A stretch of DNA of 30,182 bases from Saprospiraceae bacterium (GCA_044352635.1 JBILDL010000001.1:1-30182); one strand, 5' to 3'; positions 1 through 13,010 are shown, counted from the first letter of the stretch. Notes: a model not told the origin generated them from the letters alone. Made by a program: numbers and translations.

Positions 1-1359
1 TAGTTGCTTTAGTCCTTCTGCAATAATTGTTTTCTCTAAAGTAGGATCTACTTTAGCTGCCTTTATTTTTATTTGCTCTATAATTTTAGAGAATTGTTCA
101 ATTTCATTGTCAAATGATAATTCATTAGCCGAATGTTTCTGAATAAATGCTCGGATTAACGCATCTGTATCAGTAAATAAATCTTCTAATTTGAAATCCA
201 GTTTATGCCATTTTTTCTCCCAGACATCTTCTAATATCAAGGCAGAATTCCTCCTGATTAACATGGGAAATGGTACGTTGAAATAGTCAAATTGCGCTTT
301 TCTCTCTAACCAGTAAGCAATTTCTCCACCGCCTCCAATATAGGCCAGATTTGGTAAAATATATTCCTGGAATAAAGGACGAAGTACCACGTTGGGGCTG
401 AATTTTTCAGGATATAAATCTAACTCAATACGCAATTGAGCTTCTGAAAAAACGACATTTGTCCCGACAATATGAAAATCGTTACCTATTTTTTCTATCC
501 TATTTCTATCATTTTCCCTAAGATAAAACAAGTTTATTTCACGAACATGAGCCTGTACACTAAATCCAACATCACCCAAAGCCTGCTGTGTTTTTTCAAT
601 AATGGCTTGGGAAGGTTGTTCAAATAATTCTTTCTCGATGATAGGATTAAAAAATTGTTTTAGACTCTTATGGCTCATGTTTAACGTAACCAAGCCGTAT
701 TTTCCAAAAATAGCATTTACCAGTGCAGAAGATGCTTTTTCATATAACTCATTTTCTGTGTAAGCCGCATGAACTAAACGATAAATTTCTTCTGCTTCTG
801 TTGAATCTCCTAATAAATTCTTTAGCTCAGATAATACAATTTCCAGCGTATTTGATTTTAATTTACCGACCGATCCGCCTTTATCCTGTTCCCAGGTCAA
901 TTTTTTATTAAATAAAAAAGCGTGGTTTATTTCGTCAAAATCGTGGTCTTCGGCACCATTTATGAATAAGGGAACAAAATGATATGATGGGTAATAATCA
1001 TTTAATTGTTTACATAAATTCAAGGTAGAACAAATCTTGAAAATATAATATAAAGGACCTGTAAAAAGAACGGGTTGGTGCGCTGTTATTATTGTGAAAG
1101 TAGTTGGTTTAAGGATAGAATCAATATTTTTTAGGGTCCATTCTGAAGTAGGAAGCGATTCATATTGTTCTTTTAATACTTCAACAATAAGTTTTCTTGG
1201 AATATCCTGTGTGGATTTATCAGAAACAACCTGTTGAAAACTTTCTATATTGACTGCATGTTTATAAAATGGTTTAAGATATTGATTTCCTGTAGAATAT
1301 GCTATATCTTTTGAAGATAATTGAGATATATGATGGAAGGGAATAGCCAGTTTTTTCAT
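1..1359 (-). CDS. bshC: Bacillithiol biosynthesis cysteine-adding enzyme BshC (3' end runs off the left edge)
   Basis: Not in the ORF track because there is no stop in the window. Manual translation from ATG 1359: MKKLAIPFHHISQLSSKD; in-frame motifs TAHQPVLFTGPLYYIFK (~1080), AEDHDFDEINH (~950), SPNVVLRPLFQEYILPNLAYIGGGGEIAYW (~400), DPTL near the edge. An in-frame TGA at 1381-1383 limits the start. Confidence 0.93.
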   Translation of the reverse strand, partial: MKKLAIPFHHISQLSSKDIAYSTGNQYLKPFYKHAVNIESFQQVVSDKSTQDIPRKLIVEVLKEQYESLPTSEWTLKNIDSILKPTTFTIITAHQPVLFTGPLYYIFKICSTLNLCKQLNDYYPSYHFVPLFINGAEDHDFDEINHAFLFNKKLTWEQDKGGSVGKLKSNTLEIVLSELKNLLGDSTEAEEIYRLVHAAYTENELYEKASSALVNAIFGKYGLVTLNMSHKSLKQFFNPIIEKELFEQPSQAIIEKTQQALGDVGFSVQAHVREINLFYLRENDRNRIEKIGNDFHIVGTNVVFSEAQLRIELDLYPEKFSPNVVLRPLFQEYILPNLAYIGGGGEIAYWLERKAQFDYFNVPFPMLIRRNSALILEDVWEKKWHKLDFKLEDLFTDTDALIRAFIQKHSANELSFDNEIEQFSKIIEQIKIKAAKVDPTLEKTIIAEGLKQL

Positions 1360-1403
1360 AATTATGGTTGGAGACTTTGCTCATTTTTATTTTGCAAAAA
1401 AAA

Positions 1404-4104
<2,701 letters not shown>

Positions 4105-4113
4105 TTTTATTGT

Positions 4114-4773
4114 TTAGGGATTAAAAATCAAACTACCTATTCTTACCAAGGTACTTCCTTCGTCTAATGCTATAGGAAAGTCATCTGACATACCAGCAGA
4201 AATTTCAGAAAAGAGGGGGCTGTTAGAAAAATAATCTTCCTTTAGTTCTTCGAAAAGAATTCTTAACTGTTTGAACTCAGACCGAATCTGTTGGTTATCC
4301 TCCGTATTTGTGGCCATACCCATTAAACCCCTGATTTGAATGTTTTTCATTTGTCCTAAAGTTTCATCGGACAATAAAGCCTTTACCTCTGATGGTAATA
4401 ATCCTTGTTTTGTTTCTTCCTTAGCAATTTTAATTTGTAAAAGACATTCCTGAACAACCTCGTGTTTTTCCGCTTGTTTATTTATTTCTTGCAGTAATGA
4501 AAGTGAATCTACAGAATGGATAAGTTTTACTATGGGAATGATGGCTTTTACCTTGTTTTTTTGCAAAGAACCAATAAGATGCCATTCCAGATTACTACCA
4601 TGCAACTCTTTTTTTGCAACGAGTTCCTGCACTCTGTTTTCACCAAAAATATTTTGCCCCCAATTTTTTACAGTCTCTATTTCATCGAAACTTTTATATT
4701 TGGATACAACGATTAATTTTGCTCCATAAGGTGACAGTTTATCGAGAACATTTCGGTAATTATTAATATGCAT
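4114..4773 (-). CDS. yggS: YggS family PLP homeostasis protein
   Basis: VVSKYK (PLP Lys), FGENRVQE, WHLIGSLQKNK, SAGMSDDF, GSTLVRIGSLIF. Confidence 0.95.
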   Translation of the reverse strand: MHINNYRNVLDKLSPYGAKLIVVSKYKSFDEIETVKNWGQNIFGENRVQELVAKKELHGSNLEWHLIGSLQKNKVKAIIPIVKLIHSVDSLSLLQEINKQAEKHEVVQECLLQIKIAKEETKQGLLPSEVKALLSDETLGQMKNIQIRGLMGMATNTEDNQQIRSEFKQLRILFEELKEDYFSNSPLFSEISAGMSDDFPIALDEGSTLVRIGSLIFNP

Positions 4774-4784
4774 TAAGTAATAAT

Positions 4785-5420
4785 TTAAAACAAACCATGT
4801 AATTCGGTTCTAACAGCTTGAATGACAGTACCTAAATCTTCTTGTTTATTAACAAAATCTAATTCATCGGTAGAAATGACAAGTAATCTACCCAATTTGT
4901 AATTACTAATCCAATTTTCATATCTTTCATTTAATTTTTTCAGATAATCAATACTGATACTACCCTCATATTCCCTTCCTCTGGATTGAATGTGGTCAAC
5001 GAGGGTAGGAATACTGGCTTTAAGGTAAATAAGTAGGTCTGGCGGTTGAATATGGGCTGTCATAGAATTAAACAAAGAAGTATAATTATTAAAATCTCTT
5101 CCCGTCATGAGTCCCATATCATGCAAATTTGGAGCAAAAATATTAGCATCTTCATAGATAGTTCTGTCTTGAATGACAGTCACATCTCCATTTAATATTT
5201 GCATTATCTGATTATACCGTGTGTGTAAGAAATAAATCTGTAAGTTGAATGACCACCTGCGCATATCTGTATAAAAATCTACCAAATAGGGATTGTCATC
5301 TGTACTTTCATAATGTACCTGCCAGCCGAAATGCTTAGCTAATTGATAACATAAGGTCGTTTTACCAGCACCTATATTGCCTGCAATGGCAATATGTTTT
5401 ATTTGAGGTATTAATTCCAA
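4785..5420 (-). CDS. Deoxynucleoside kinase (dAK/dGK family)
   Basis: IAIAGNIGAGKTT P-loop, FYTDMRRWSFNLQIYFL, QDRTIYED, PDLLIYL, RGREYE. Likely start TTG at 5420; the extension to 5483 lies in the divergent promoter region. Confidence 0.92.
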   Translation of the reverse strand: MELIPQIKHIAIAGNIGAGKTTLCYQLAKHFGWQVHYESTDDNPYLVDFYTDMRRWSFNLQIYFLHTRYNQIMQILNGDVTVIQDRTIYEDANIFAPNLHDMGLMTGRDFNNYTSLFNSMTAHIQPPDLLIYLKASIPTLVDHIQSRGREYEGSISIDYLKKLNERYENWISNYKLGRLLVISTDELDFVNKQEDLGTVIQAVRTELHGLF

Positions 5421-5505
5421 GTTCTTTTTTTTAGCTAAAAATAATTTATTGGCGAAAATACAACAACCTGAACACCTTGCCAAAAATTTATTTTTAGCTT
5501 TACCC

Positions 5506-5513
5506 TATATTTG
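5506..5513 (+). promoter_or_regulatory. Putative -7 element TATATTTG for gatC-ABC-pduO
   Basis: Exact TAnnTTTG match 44 nt upstream of the gatC ATG. Confidence 0.5.
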
Positions 5514-5556
5514 AACGTTTGACGAATAAATAGGCATAAACTTCTATAAACTTGTT

Positions 5557-5856
5557 ATGAAAATAGACAAAAACTTAATTTTGAAACTTGAAGATTTGAG
5601 TAGATTGAAACTCTCTGATGAGGATAGAGAATCAATGGTTTCAAATTTATCTGATATGTTAAAGCTCGTTGAAAAATTAAAGGAACTTCCAACCGATGAC
5701 GTTGAGCCATTAATTTATATCAACAACGAATCTAACATTTGGAGAAATGATGAATCAGAAACACTGATATCAGCTGAAATGGCAGTAAAGAATGCGCCTG
5801 AGGCACATAAAAACTTTTTTAGTGTGCCAAGGGTTATAAATTTGGATAATAAGTAA
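5557..5856 (+). CDS. gatC: Asp/Glu-tRNA amidotransferase subunit C
   Basis: 99 aa; LSRLKLSDED, LKELPTDDVEPL, WRNDE, NAPE, FFSVPRVI match the GatC pattern. Confidence 0.93.
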   Translation: MKIDKNLILKLEDLSRLKLSDEDRESMVSNLSDMLKLVEKLKELPTDDVEPLIYINNESNIWRNDESETLISAEMAVKNAPEAHKNFFSVPRVINLDNK

Positions 5857-5871
5857 GTACAAACAGACAAC

Positions 5872-6591
5872 ATGGAAAAAAAGCCTCTTATCTCAATTGA
5901 GAATTTGCGAAAAACTTATATTATGGGCGATAATGAGGTAAAAGCATTACAATCTGCCAGCCTTAATATTTATAAAAATGAATATGTTGCATTGATGGGT
6001 CCTTCCGGATCTGGAAAATCAACGTTAATGAATCTTTTAGGCTGTCTCGATTCACCGACATCTGGCGTTTATTCTCTTAATGGGAATAATGTGGCTAATA
6101 TGGTCGATGAAGAACTGGCTATTGTTAGAAATAAGGAAATCGGATTTGTTTTTCAAACTTTCAACCTCTTGCCAAGATTGTCAGCATTAGAAAATGTGGC
6201 TTTACCTTTAGTTTATGCTGGTGTTCCAATAAAAATAAGGCTCAATAGAGCAAAAGATATGTTAGCTGCCGTTGGATTAAAAGATAGAATGGATCATAAG
6301 CCTAATGAGCTCTCCGGTGGACAAAGACAGAGGGTAGCCGTGGCAAGGGCTTTAGTTAACAATCCGTCTATTATTCTTGCAGATGAACCGACGGGGAATC
6401 TTGATTCTAAAACGTCTTACGAGATTATGCAATTATTTGAAGAAATTCATAAACTTGGAAATACTATCATTTTAGTTACACACGAACCTGACATTGCTGC
6501 GCATGCTCACAGAATTGTGAAGCTTAAAGATGGATACATAGAAAGTGATGAGTTAAATCAGTCTATTCAAAGTTTTACAATGCCTGTGTAA
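5872..6591 (+). CDS. ABC transporter ATP-binding protein (LolD/MacB-like), no permease adjacent
   Basis: Walker [11 protein letters not shown]-loop [10 protein letters not shown], signature LSGGQRQR, Walker [13 protein letters not shown]-loop VTHE. Confidence 0.93.
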   Translation: MEKKPLISIENLRKTYIMGDNEVKALQSASLNIYKNEYVALMGPSGSGKSTLMNLLGCLDSPTSGVYSLNGNNVANMVDEELAIVRNKEIGFVFQTFNLLPRLSALENVALPLVYAGVPIKIRLNRAKDMLAAVGLKDRMDHKPNELSGGQRQRVAVARALVNNPSIILADEPTGNLDSKTSYEIMQLFEEIHKLGNTIILVTHEPDIAAHAHRIVKLKDGYIESDELNQSIQSFTMPV

Positions 6592-6605
6592 ATTTATTGT
6601 TTGAA

Positions 6606-7148
6606 ATGAAAATATATACAAAAAACGGAGATTTAGGAAAGACCTCATTAATAGGCGGCAAATCTCTATCAAAGAATAATATCAGGATTGAGGCTTATGG
6701 AGGTGTTGATGAGTTAAACGCTTGGATTGGTTTATTGGCTGATTTGCTTGAAGATGACCGCCAGGTAACATTTCTAAGGTATATTCAAAATCAGTTGTTT
6801 GTCATTGGTTCCAAATTGGCTACACCAATAAATAGTACTTTCTCCGCACCTGAACTGCCTACGGATTTAATTGAAAAGTTAGAGGCTGAGATTGATTTTA
6901 TGGACGCTGATTTAGTAGCTTTAACCAATTTTATACTACCGGGGGGCCATCCTTTAGTTTCATACTGTCATTTGGCTCGGGTTGTATGTAGAAGAGTTGA
7001 ACGAAATATAGTATCTCTTACAGAAGTAGAACCGGTAGAAAATCAGATTTTGGCTATTATAAATCGCTTTTCTGATTATCTCTTTATCCTGTCCAGGTAT
7101 AATGCTAAAAAATTAAAGGTGGAGGAAATCGTTTGGAAAGCACCTTAA
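6606..7148 (+). CDS. PduO-type ATP:cob(I)alamin adenosyltransferase
   Basis: KIYTKNGDLGKTSL, RIEAYGGVDELN, FILPGG, CRRVER, NRFSDYLF. Start ATG 6606. Confidence 0.92.
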   Translation: MKIYTKNGDLGKTSLIGGKSLSKNNIRIEAYGGVDELNAWIGLLADLLEDDRQVTFLRYIQNQLFVIGSKLATPINSTFSAPELPTDLIEKLEAEIDFMDADLVALTNFILPGGHPLVSYCHLARVVCRRVERNIVSLTEVEPVENQILAIINRFSDYLFILSRYNAKKLKVEEIVWKAP

Positions 7149-7155
7149 AATTTAT

Positions 7156-7185
7156 TTTGATTTCTTGAATTTTCGTATAAATTTG
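7156..7185 (+). promoter_or_regulatory. Bacteroidota sigma-A-type promoter TTTG-N18-TAAATTTG for the HD gene
   Basis: TTTG 7156-7159 and TAAATTTG 7178-7185, 16 nt upstream of ATG 7202. Confidence 0.6.
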
Positions 7186-7201
7186 CAGGGCAATTCGGTT
7201 T

Positions 7202-8599
7202 ATGCCTAGTAACAACGTGTTTTCAGCAAATTCGCTACGGTTTATCTCCATCATAATCTTTACCGGGTTAATTGTCTTCTCATTATTTGTCTTTTTCAAT
7301 GTATTTACAAATGACTTTTTTTCCAATATAGGCATTTCAGGTTTACTGGTTGGTGTGTTTTTACTTCTTACTTTTATCATTTTCCGCACCATTAATATTG
7401 ACGAAACCCTAAATAGGTCAATATTTTTTTTGTTAAGTTTAATTCCTTTTTTTACGTTAATTGCCCATTTGCTTAGTCAGTATAATCCACTTTTTTTATA
7501 CATGCTGCCTTTAGGTATTATCATTATAGTTATTAAATATTTCTTTAATGAAAGTCTTTCTTTTGGTATTTATTTTTCTACGATTTCCAGTATTTTTCTT
7601 TCTTTAAATCCTTCCATACAATGGATGTTTTTACAAATTTTCACTGGATTACTCATTCTTTTTTTACCATTTGACGGTAAGAAGCCTTCCCGAATTATTG
7701 GGAGTACAATAGTAGTTTGCATAACATCTATTTTAATTTCCGTCAGTTTAAAGCTAACTTACCCTACCTTTCAACCTTCTTTTGAGGAACTTCTCACCTT
7801 TTTATTCACTCAGTCTCTAATATTACTCCTTGCTTATTTAATCATACCTTTTTTAGAAAAGATTTTTTCTTTTACATCGGCATTTTCCTTAAATGAATTA
7901 GGAAATTTAGATAATTTTCTATTGAAAGAATTGGCGCTAAAAGCTCCGGGTACATATCAACATTCTATACAGGTAAGTTACCTGGCGGAAGCCGCTGCAC
8001 AAAAAATTCATGTAAATAGCTTATTATGCAGGGTAGGCGGGTTATACCACGATATTGGTAAAATAGTTAATCCTGATTATTTTAATGAGAATATTCAAAG
8101 TCTTAATCCTTTTGAAAATCAATCATTTCATAGAAGTGCTGCAATGATTATTAAACATGTAAAGGATGGTATAGACTTAGGAAAAAAATATAGATTGCCC
8201 GAAGTAGTCATAGACTTTATAAGAACACATCACGGCACTACCAAAGTAGAATATTTTTATCGAAAATTTAAAGCCACTGACAATTGTTACGATGTCAATG
8301 AGGCAGATTTTACATATCCTGGCCCCAAGCCATCTACAAGGGAGCAATCTATTGTAATGCTTGCCGATACGGTGGAGGCTGCTTGTAGAAGTTTAAAGAA
8401 CCCAACAGAGGGAAGTCTGTTTAATTTAATTGACAGATTAATTGAATATAAGTTAGAAACGGGTCAGTTCGAGGAATCCCAATTATCCATGGTGGAACTT
8501 GATTTATGTAAAGAGGTATTCAAAGATTACATTAAAACTTTTTACCATCAAAGAATTTCTTATCCCGAACCAGTGAATTCGGGACAAGAATTCTTGTGA
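7202..8599 (+). CDS. Membrane HD/HDIG phosphohydrolase (PgpH-like, multi-TM + HD), without a large extracellular domain
   Basis: About 220 aa hydrophobic multi-TM N-terminus, then KAPGTYQHSIQV, GGLYHDIGK, IIKHVKDG, IRTHHGTT, FTYPGPKP, MLADTVEAACRSL, HQRISYP. Confidence 0.88.
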   Translation: MPSNNVFSANSLRFISIIIFTGLIVFSLFVFFNVFTNDFFSNIGISGLLVGVFLLLTFIIFRTINIDETLNRSIFFLLSLIPFFTLIAHLLSQYNPLFLYMLPLGIIIIVIKYFFNESLSFGIYFSTISSIFLSLNPSIQWMFLQIFTGLLILFLPFDGKKPSRIIGSTIVVCITSILISVSLKLTYPTFQPSFEELLTFLFTQSLILLLAYLIIPFLEKIFSFTSAFSLNELGNLDNFLLKELALKAPGTYQHSIQVSYLAEAAAQKIHVNSLLCRVGGLYHDIGKIVNPDYFNENIQSLNPFENQSFHRSAAMIIKHVKDGIDLGKKYRLPEVVIDFIRTHHGTTKVEYFYRKFKATDNCYDVNEADFTYPGPKPSTREQSIVMLADTVEAACRSLKNPTEGSLFNLIDRLIEYKLETGQFEESQLSMVELDLCKEVFKDYIKTFYHQRISYPEPVNSGQEFL

Positions 8600-8602
8600 T
8601 AC

Positions 8603-10474
8603 TTATTTTTTAATCATTGGTAAAATAATCCTTGATGGATATTTTGTGCTATGATGTACTTTATTTTTTGCTACTACGCCAACTTTTTCGTCATAGTTAT
8701 TTCCTCCTGTATTTAGATTTCTGTCAAATCTTGGAAAATTACTACTTGAAATTTCAATTCTGATTTGATGTCCTTTTGGAAAAAAATTACTGGTTGATAA
8801 AGCAGATAGTTTCACTTCATAAACCTTATCTTTTTCCATAAATACTTCTTTGTCATACCCTTCTCTATATCTAACCCTCTGAATTGTTTCGTCAAGATTA
8901 TAGGCCTTTCCGTCGGGATAAACATCTATTAATTTAAGGGTAAAATCAGTATCCTTGGCATCGGACGACACAAAAAGAACAGACTCTATAAAGCCACTAA
9001 TTTCAACGTCTTCGGTTAATGGCGGCGTAGAATAAACCAAGATATCTTCTCTTAATTCCATGGTTTGTTGATCTAAAGATCCCCCTTGGATAGCGTTACC
9101 AATACAACAAACATTCCCACCAAAAGAATTTACAGGATTTGCAGGATCATAAGAAAATTGGTCTGGTAAATCAGTTTTAGGGGCTGACAAAGTTAATGCA
9201 CCATCTCCATTTCTGGAATTTGCTTTACCGTTACTATTTAAATAAAATGGTGTAGCCACGGCTTCTTTTGGAGGCCAGGTTTCACTTTGTTGCCATTTAT
9301 TAGAACCCATAGTAAAATATTGAACTCTGGGCAGTTTACTTTTCACACCATTTTCCTGACCTTTTAACCAGTAATCGAACCAGCTATAAGTTAGCGCGTC
9401 ATAATCTAATCGGGCATCTCCCACACTTCTTTCACCCACAATGGTATTTTCGGTTGCTCTTTTAAAGGAGCAATGTAAGGTGGGTGCAATAACTAAGTAT
9501 TGATTATCAGCAGCTTCAGGAAATTTAGATTTGTCTCTTAATAGGTTAAAGAGGGCAATATTAGGTGTTGTAGCGACATCGTACCATGAAACGAACCAAT
9601 AGGAGGGTTTTTTAAATGCCATATTGTCATGAAACAAACCACCTTGAAACCATTTTTGGTCATTAGGTTTTCTGCGAATCATGTCTTCATAAACGCCTAT
9701 CGGACCATTTACATTTTTAATAATATCCTGAACTGGTAAATGCTTTAACGCGGTAACCCAGTCAACTTTTGGGTTTTCAGGCGCCAGGTCAAAGTTCCGG
9801 GATACTCTTATTAACTCCTCTTGGGTAATGTCAACTGGAAAAGTAGGTCTTACTCTGTCATTTTGAACACTATATAGCCAGGAAGTGAATAACATCTGCT
9901 GTGCTCCGCCTCTAAACCAATTACCCTGCTCATATAAATTTCCAATTTTTCCAACGCCAGCGCCAAATCCTTGTGGAACGAGCGCAGTATGCGCTGGGTG
10001 ATCGAGGGATGCTACAGCCATTTGCCATTCTGCCGTTGAAGAACAACCAATGGTTCCAATTTTTTGATTGGACCATTCCTGTGAGGAAATCCACGAAAAT
10101 GCATCATAACCATCTGTTGTGGGCGTGCCAAGAATATCCCAAACCCCTTCAGAAAAAAAACGTCCTCGTTCATTTTGAACAATATAGACATAACCTCTTT
10201 TTACAGCATCATAAGCAGTTTCATACTGTCTAATCATCTCCTTACCGTCAATCCATTGATTGAAATTATAAGGTGTTTTAGATAAAATAACAGGATATTT
10301 TCCCGGGCCTTTTGGCCTGTAAATATCTGTAGCAAGCCTTATACCATCACGCATAGGCATCATCACTTTTTGGTCAACTACGGCAATTTCTTTTAATTTC
10401 TCAAGAGTAACTGCCTCATTTTGCCCAAATAAAATGAGTGGGAATAAAAATAGAAATAAGCAATGTTTTTTCAT
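8603..10474 (-). CDS. Exported CocE/NonD family hydrolase (peptidase S15-like)
   Basis: Signal peptide [17 protein letters not shown]|Q (ATG 10474); [34 protein letters not shown], nucleophile GCSS, WYD, PTLH, C-terminal jelly roll with [19 protein letters not shown]. Confidence 0.9.
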   Translation of the reverse strand: MKKHCLFLFLFPLILFGQNEAVTLEKLKEIAVVDQKVMMPMRDGIRLATDIYRPKGPGKYPVILSKTPYNFNQWIDGKEMIRQYETAYDAVKRGYVYIVQNERGRFFSEGVWDILGTPTTDGYDAFSWISSQEWSNQKIGTIGCSSTAEWQMAVASLDHPAHTALVPQGFGAGVGKIGNLYEQGNWFRGGAQQMLFTSWLYSVQNDRVRPTFPVDITQEELIRVSRNFDLAPENPKVDWVTALKHLPVQDIIKNVNGPIGVYEDMIRRKPNDQKWFQGGLFHDNMAFKKPSYWFVSWYDVATTPNIALFNLLRDKSKFPEAADNQYLVIAPTLHCSFKRATENTIVGERSVGDARLDYDALTYSWFDYWLKGQENGVKSKLPRVQYFTMGSNKWQQSETWPPKEAVATPFYLNSNGKANSRNGDGALTLSAPKTDLPDQFSYDPANPVNSFGGNVCCIGNAIQGGSLDQQTMELREDILVYSTPPLTEDVEISGFIESVLFVSSDAKDTDFTLKLIDVYPDGKAYNLDETIQRVRYREGYDKEVFMEKDKVYEVKLSALSTSNFFPKGHQIRIEISSSNFPRFDRNLNTGGNNYDEKVGVVAKNKVHHSTKYPSRIILPMIKK

Positions 10475-10484
10475 GTAAGTAGAT

Positions 10485-11828
10485 TTAAAATGATTTTTCA
10501 GCTTTGCCAATATAGTTAAATGGGGTTATTTTTAGTAACTCCATTTTTACCTCTTCATTCACATTAAGGGTATGGATAAATTGATGAATTTCGCTTTCAG
10601 TTACCTTACTGACCCCTCTCGTCAGATCTTTTAACGCTTCATAAGGTTTTGGGAAACCCTCTCTTCTCAATATCGTTTGAATAGCTTCTGCTACAACCAT
10701 CCAGTTTTTACTCAAATCTGATGATATTTTATCTTCTTGAACACGTAATTTTGATAAGCCCTTTTTTAATGATTTTATTGCAATTAAGGTATGAGCAAAA
10801 GGCACACCTGTATTTCTTAGCACTGTACTGTCTGTTAAATCTCTTTGTAACCTTGAAATAGGTAATTTTTCGGCTAAATGGTGAAATAAAGCATTGGCAA
10901 CACCTAAGTTCCCTTCTGCATTTTCAAAATCAATAGGATTTACTTTATGTGGCATAGCAGAGGAGCCAATTTCGCCTTGAATAGTAGCTTGTTTAAAATA
11001 ATCCATAGAGATATAAGTCCATATATCTCTTGAAAAATCTATAAGTATAGTATTTATACGTTGTAAATTATGGAAGAGAGCGGCTAAATTATCATAATGT
11101 TCAATCTGAGTGGTTGGTTTTGACCTGTCTAGTCCGAGAGAAGCTAAAAATTCATTGGCAAAATGATGCCAGTCTATAGATGGATAAGCTACATAATGTG
11201 CATTAAAATTTCCTGTTGCGCCACCAAATTTACCGTTTATAGGTACAGTGCATAAATGCGCTATTTGTACGTTTAATCTGGACACAAAAACACCAATTTC
11301 TTTACCCAAAGTTGTTGGTGAAGCAGGTTGTCCATGGGTTCTGGCCAGTAATGGTATGTTGCCCCATGCTTCTTCCATAGATTTTAATTCGTTGACTAAG
11401 GAATAAATTTGTGGGTAAAAAATATCCGTTAAAAAATCTTTAATGGATAATGGAATGGCGGTATTGTTGATATCCTGAGAGGTTAAGCCAAAATGTATCC
11501 ATTCAGAAATATCTGATAATTCCATGATATCAAATTTTTCTTTTAGATAGTATTCAACGGCTTTAATATCATGATTTGTAATTGACTCGATTTCTTTAAT
11601 TTTCAAAGCTTCTTTAACATCAAATGCAGTAAAAAGCTCCAATATAGCCTCTTTATTTTCTTCCAGTTTTTGCGACCCCTTGAATGAAATCTGTCCCGAA
11701 AGTTTCATTAAATATTGGATTTCAACAAAAATTCTATATTTAATGAGTGCGAATTCACTAAAATAAGATGAAAGTTCTTTTGTTTTGTCGGCGTAACGAC
11801 CATCAATAGGAGAAATTGCGGTAATCAT
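10485..11828 (-). CDS. purB: Adenylosuccinate lyase
   Basis: [74 protein letters not shown]. Confidence 0.97.
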   Translation of the reverse strand: MITAISPIDGRYADKTKELSSYFSEFALIKYRIFVEIQYLMKLSGQISFKGSQKLEENKEAILELFTAFDVKEALKIKEIESITNHDIKAVEYYLKEKFDIMELSDISEWIHFGLTSQDINNTAIPLSIKDFLTDIFYPQIYSLVNELKSMEEAWGNIPLLARTHGQPASPTTLGKEIGVFVSRLNVQIAHLCTVPINGKFGGATGNFNAHYVAYPSIDWHHFANEFLASLGLDRSKPTTQIEHYDNLAALFHNLQRINTILIDFSRDIWTYISMDYFKQATIQGEIGSSAMPHKVNPIDFENAEGNLGVANALFHHLAEKLPISRLQRDLTDSTVLRNTGVPFAHTLIAIKSLKKGLSKLRVQEDKISSDLSKNWMVVAEAIQTILRREGFPKPYEALKDLTRGVSKVTESEIHQFIHTLNVNEEVKMELLKITPFNYIGKAEKSF

Positions 11829-11844
11829 AAGTTTATTTATAGGT

Positions 11845-12975
11845 TCAAATACTTTTTAACAGCGTATCAAAATCAACATGTTCAGAAATTAATTCGATGG
11901 CTCGTTTAGATTTCCATGGGGTACGGTTGTTGATTTTAACTTCAATTCTACTCACTTTAACAACGGATCCGTAAGTATCTAACAGCGTGGTTATCACTGG
12001 GATTTTATGGGTTTTAAGATAGGGTAGATTTAGTTCCTCAGGGTCAATCCACTTATGTTGCCTACCATCACTGGTTATTATTACCCCTGATAAGGGAGAT
12101 TTTTTTAATCCTTTTGCGGCGGTAATCGTTTTAATTTTTTTGAGAGCCTCGCCAATTCTTTTGATACTGGTTACCAAAAGAAGATTTTCAGTAGCAGCAA
12201 ATTCCTCAGCGTCTATCAATGAACCAGCAATAAAATCTTCAATTCGGTTATTCATGTATTCCTCATTTAAAACAACTCTTCCCTCCACAGCCTGTCTGAT
12301 AGCCTCCATTATGGGTAAAGAAAGGGATTGTTCGTAGGGTAATACACCCAATAATTTTAAATTTAATTGTTTAAGCTTAATATTAAGGTAGTGTTCAATT
12401 TCTTCCTTTTTTTCTGGCTTTACCTTGTTTACAATGACCCCAAGAATGGGTACATTTTCTTCTCTAAATAGAGATAAATTCATATTTAGCATGTCAAGAG
12501 TGCTACCAATACCTCCCTCAACCACCATTATTACCCCTGCATTTAATAATTTGGCTACCCGGGCATTAGATAAATCTACAATGCTCCCTACGCCTGGATG
12601 ACCAGTACCTTCATAGACTACGATATCATATTGCTCGCTCAACTCATTGTGAGCATTCATCAATTTTTCTTCAAAATTGAATTTTTCAGGATTATCAAGA
12701 AATTCTTTAGTAACTCCTCTCCCTAAAATAACCGGACTATGAATTTCAGGCTTCATTCTAAATCCTATTACTTCAGAAAATAATACTGCATCTTTATCCG
12801 CAATAGTGCCATTCAAGGAAATATATTTTTGACCAACAGGTTTGCAATAGCCTGTATTGTAGCCTTTAGCCAATAAATTAGCTACAATACCTAATGTGCA
12901 GGTTGTTTTACCAACGTGCTGACTTGATGCCGCAACATATATGTACTTACAAGAAATTCCGTCTAACTGTATCAT
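11845..12975 (-). CDS. Stand-alone phosphotransacetylase N-terminal-like protein (BioD-like P-loop + degenerate DRTGG), function unknown
   Basis: SSQHVGKTTCTLG, GYCKPVGQ, DIVVYEGTG, DLSNARVAKLLNAGVIMV, GVIVNKV, LLGVLPYEQSLSLP. No Pta catalytic C-terminal domain. Confidence 0.8.
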   Translation of the reverse strand: MIQLDGISCKYIYVAASSQHVGKTTCTLGIVANLLAKGYNTGYCKPVGQKYISLNGTIADKDAVLFSEVIGFRMKPEIHSPVILGRGVTKEFLDNPEKFNFEEKLMNAHNELSEQYDIVVYEGTGHPGVGSIVDLSNARVAKLLNAGVIMVVEGGIGSTLDMLNMNLSLFREENVPILGVIVNKVKPEKKEEIEHYLNIKLKQLNLKLLGVLPYEQSLSLPIMEAIRQAVEGRVVLNEEYMNNRIEDFIAGSLIDAEEFAATENLLLVTSIKRIGEALKKIKTITAAKGLKKSPLSGVIITSDGRQHKWIDPEELNLPYLKTHKIPVITTLLDTYGSVVKVSRIEVKINNRTPWKSKRAIELISEHVDFDTLLKSI

Positions 12976-13010
12976 TTTTCATAAGATTTGAAAAGGTTAA
13001 AATTGATTCC

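Noticed and set aside
723-911. 62-aa plus-strand ORF
   Set aside because: Antisense shadow inside bshC; no recognisable motif.
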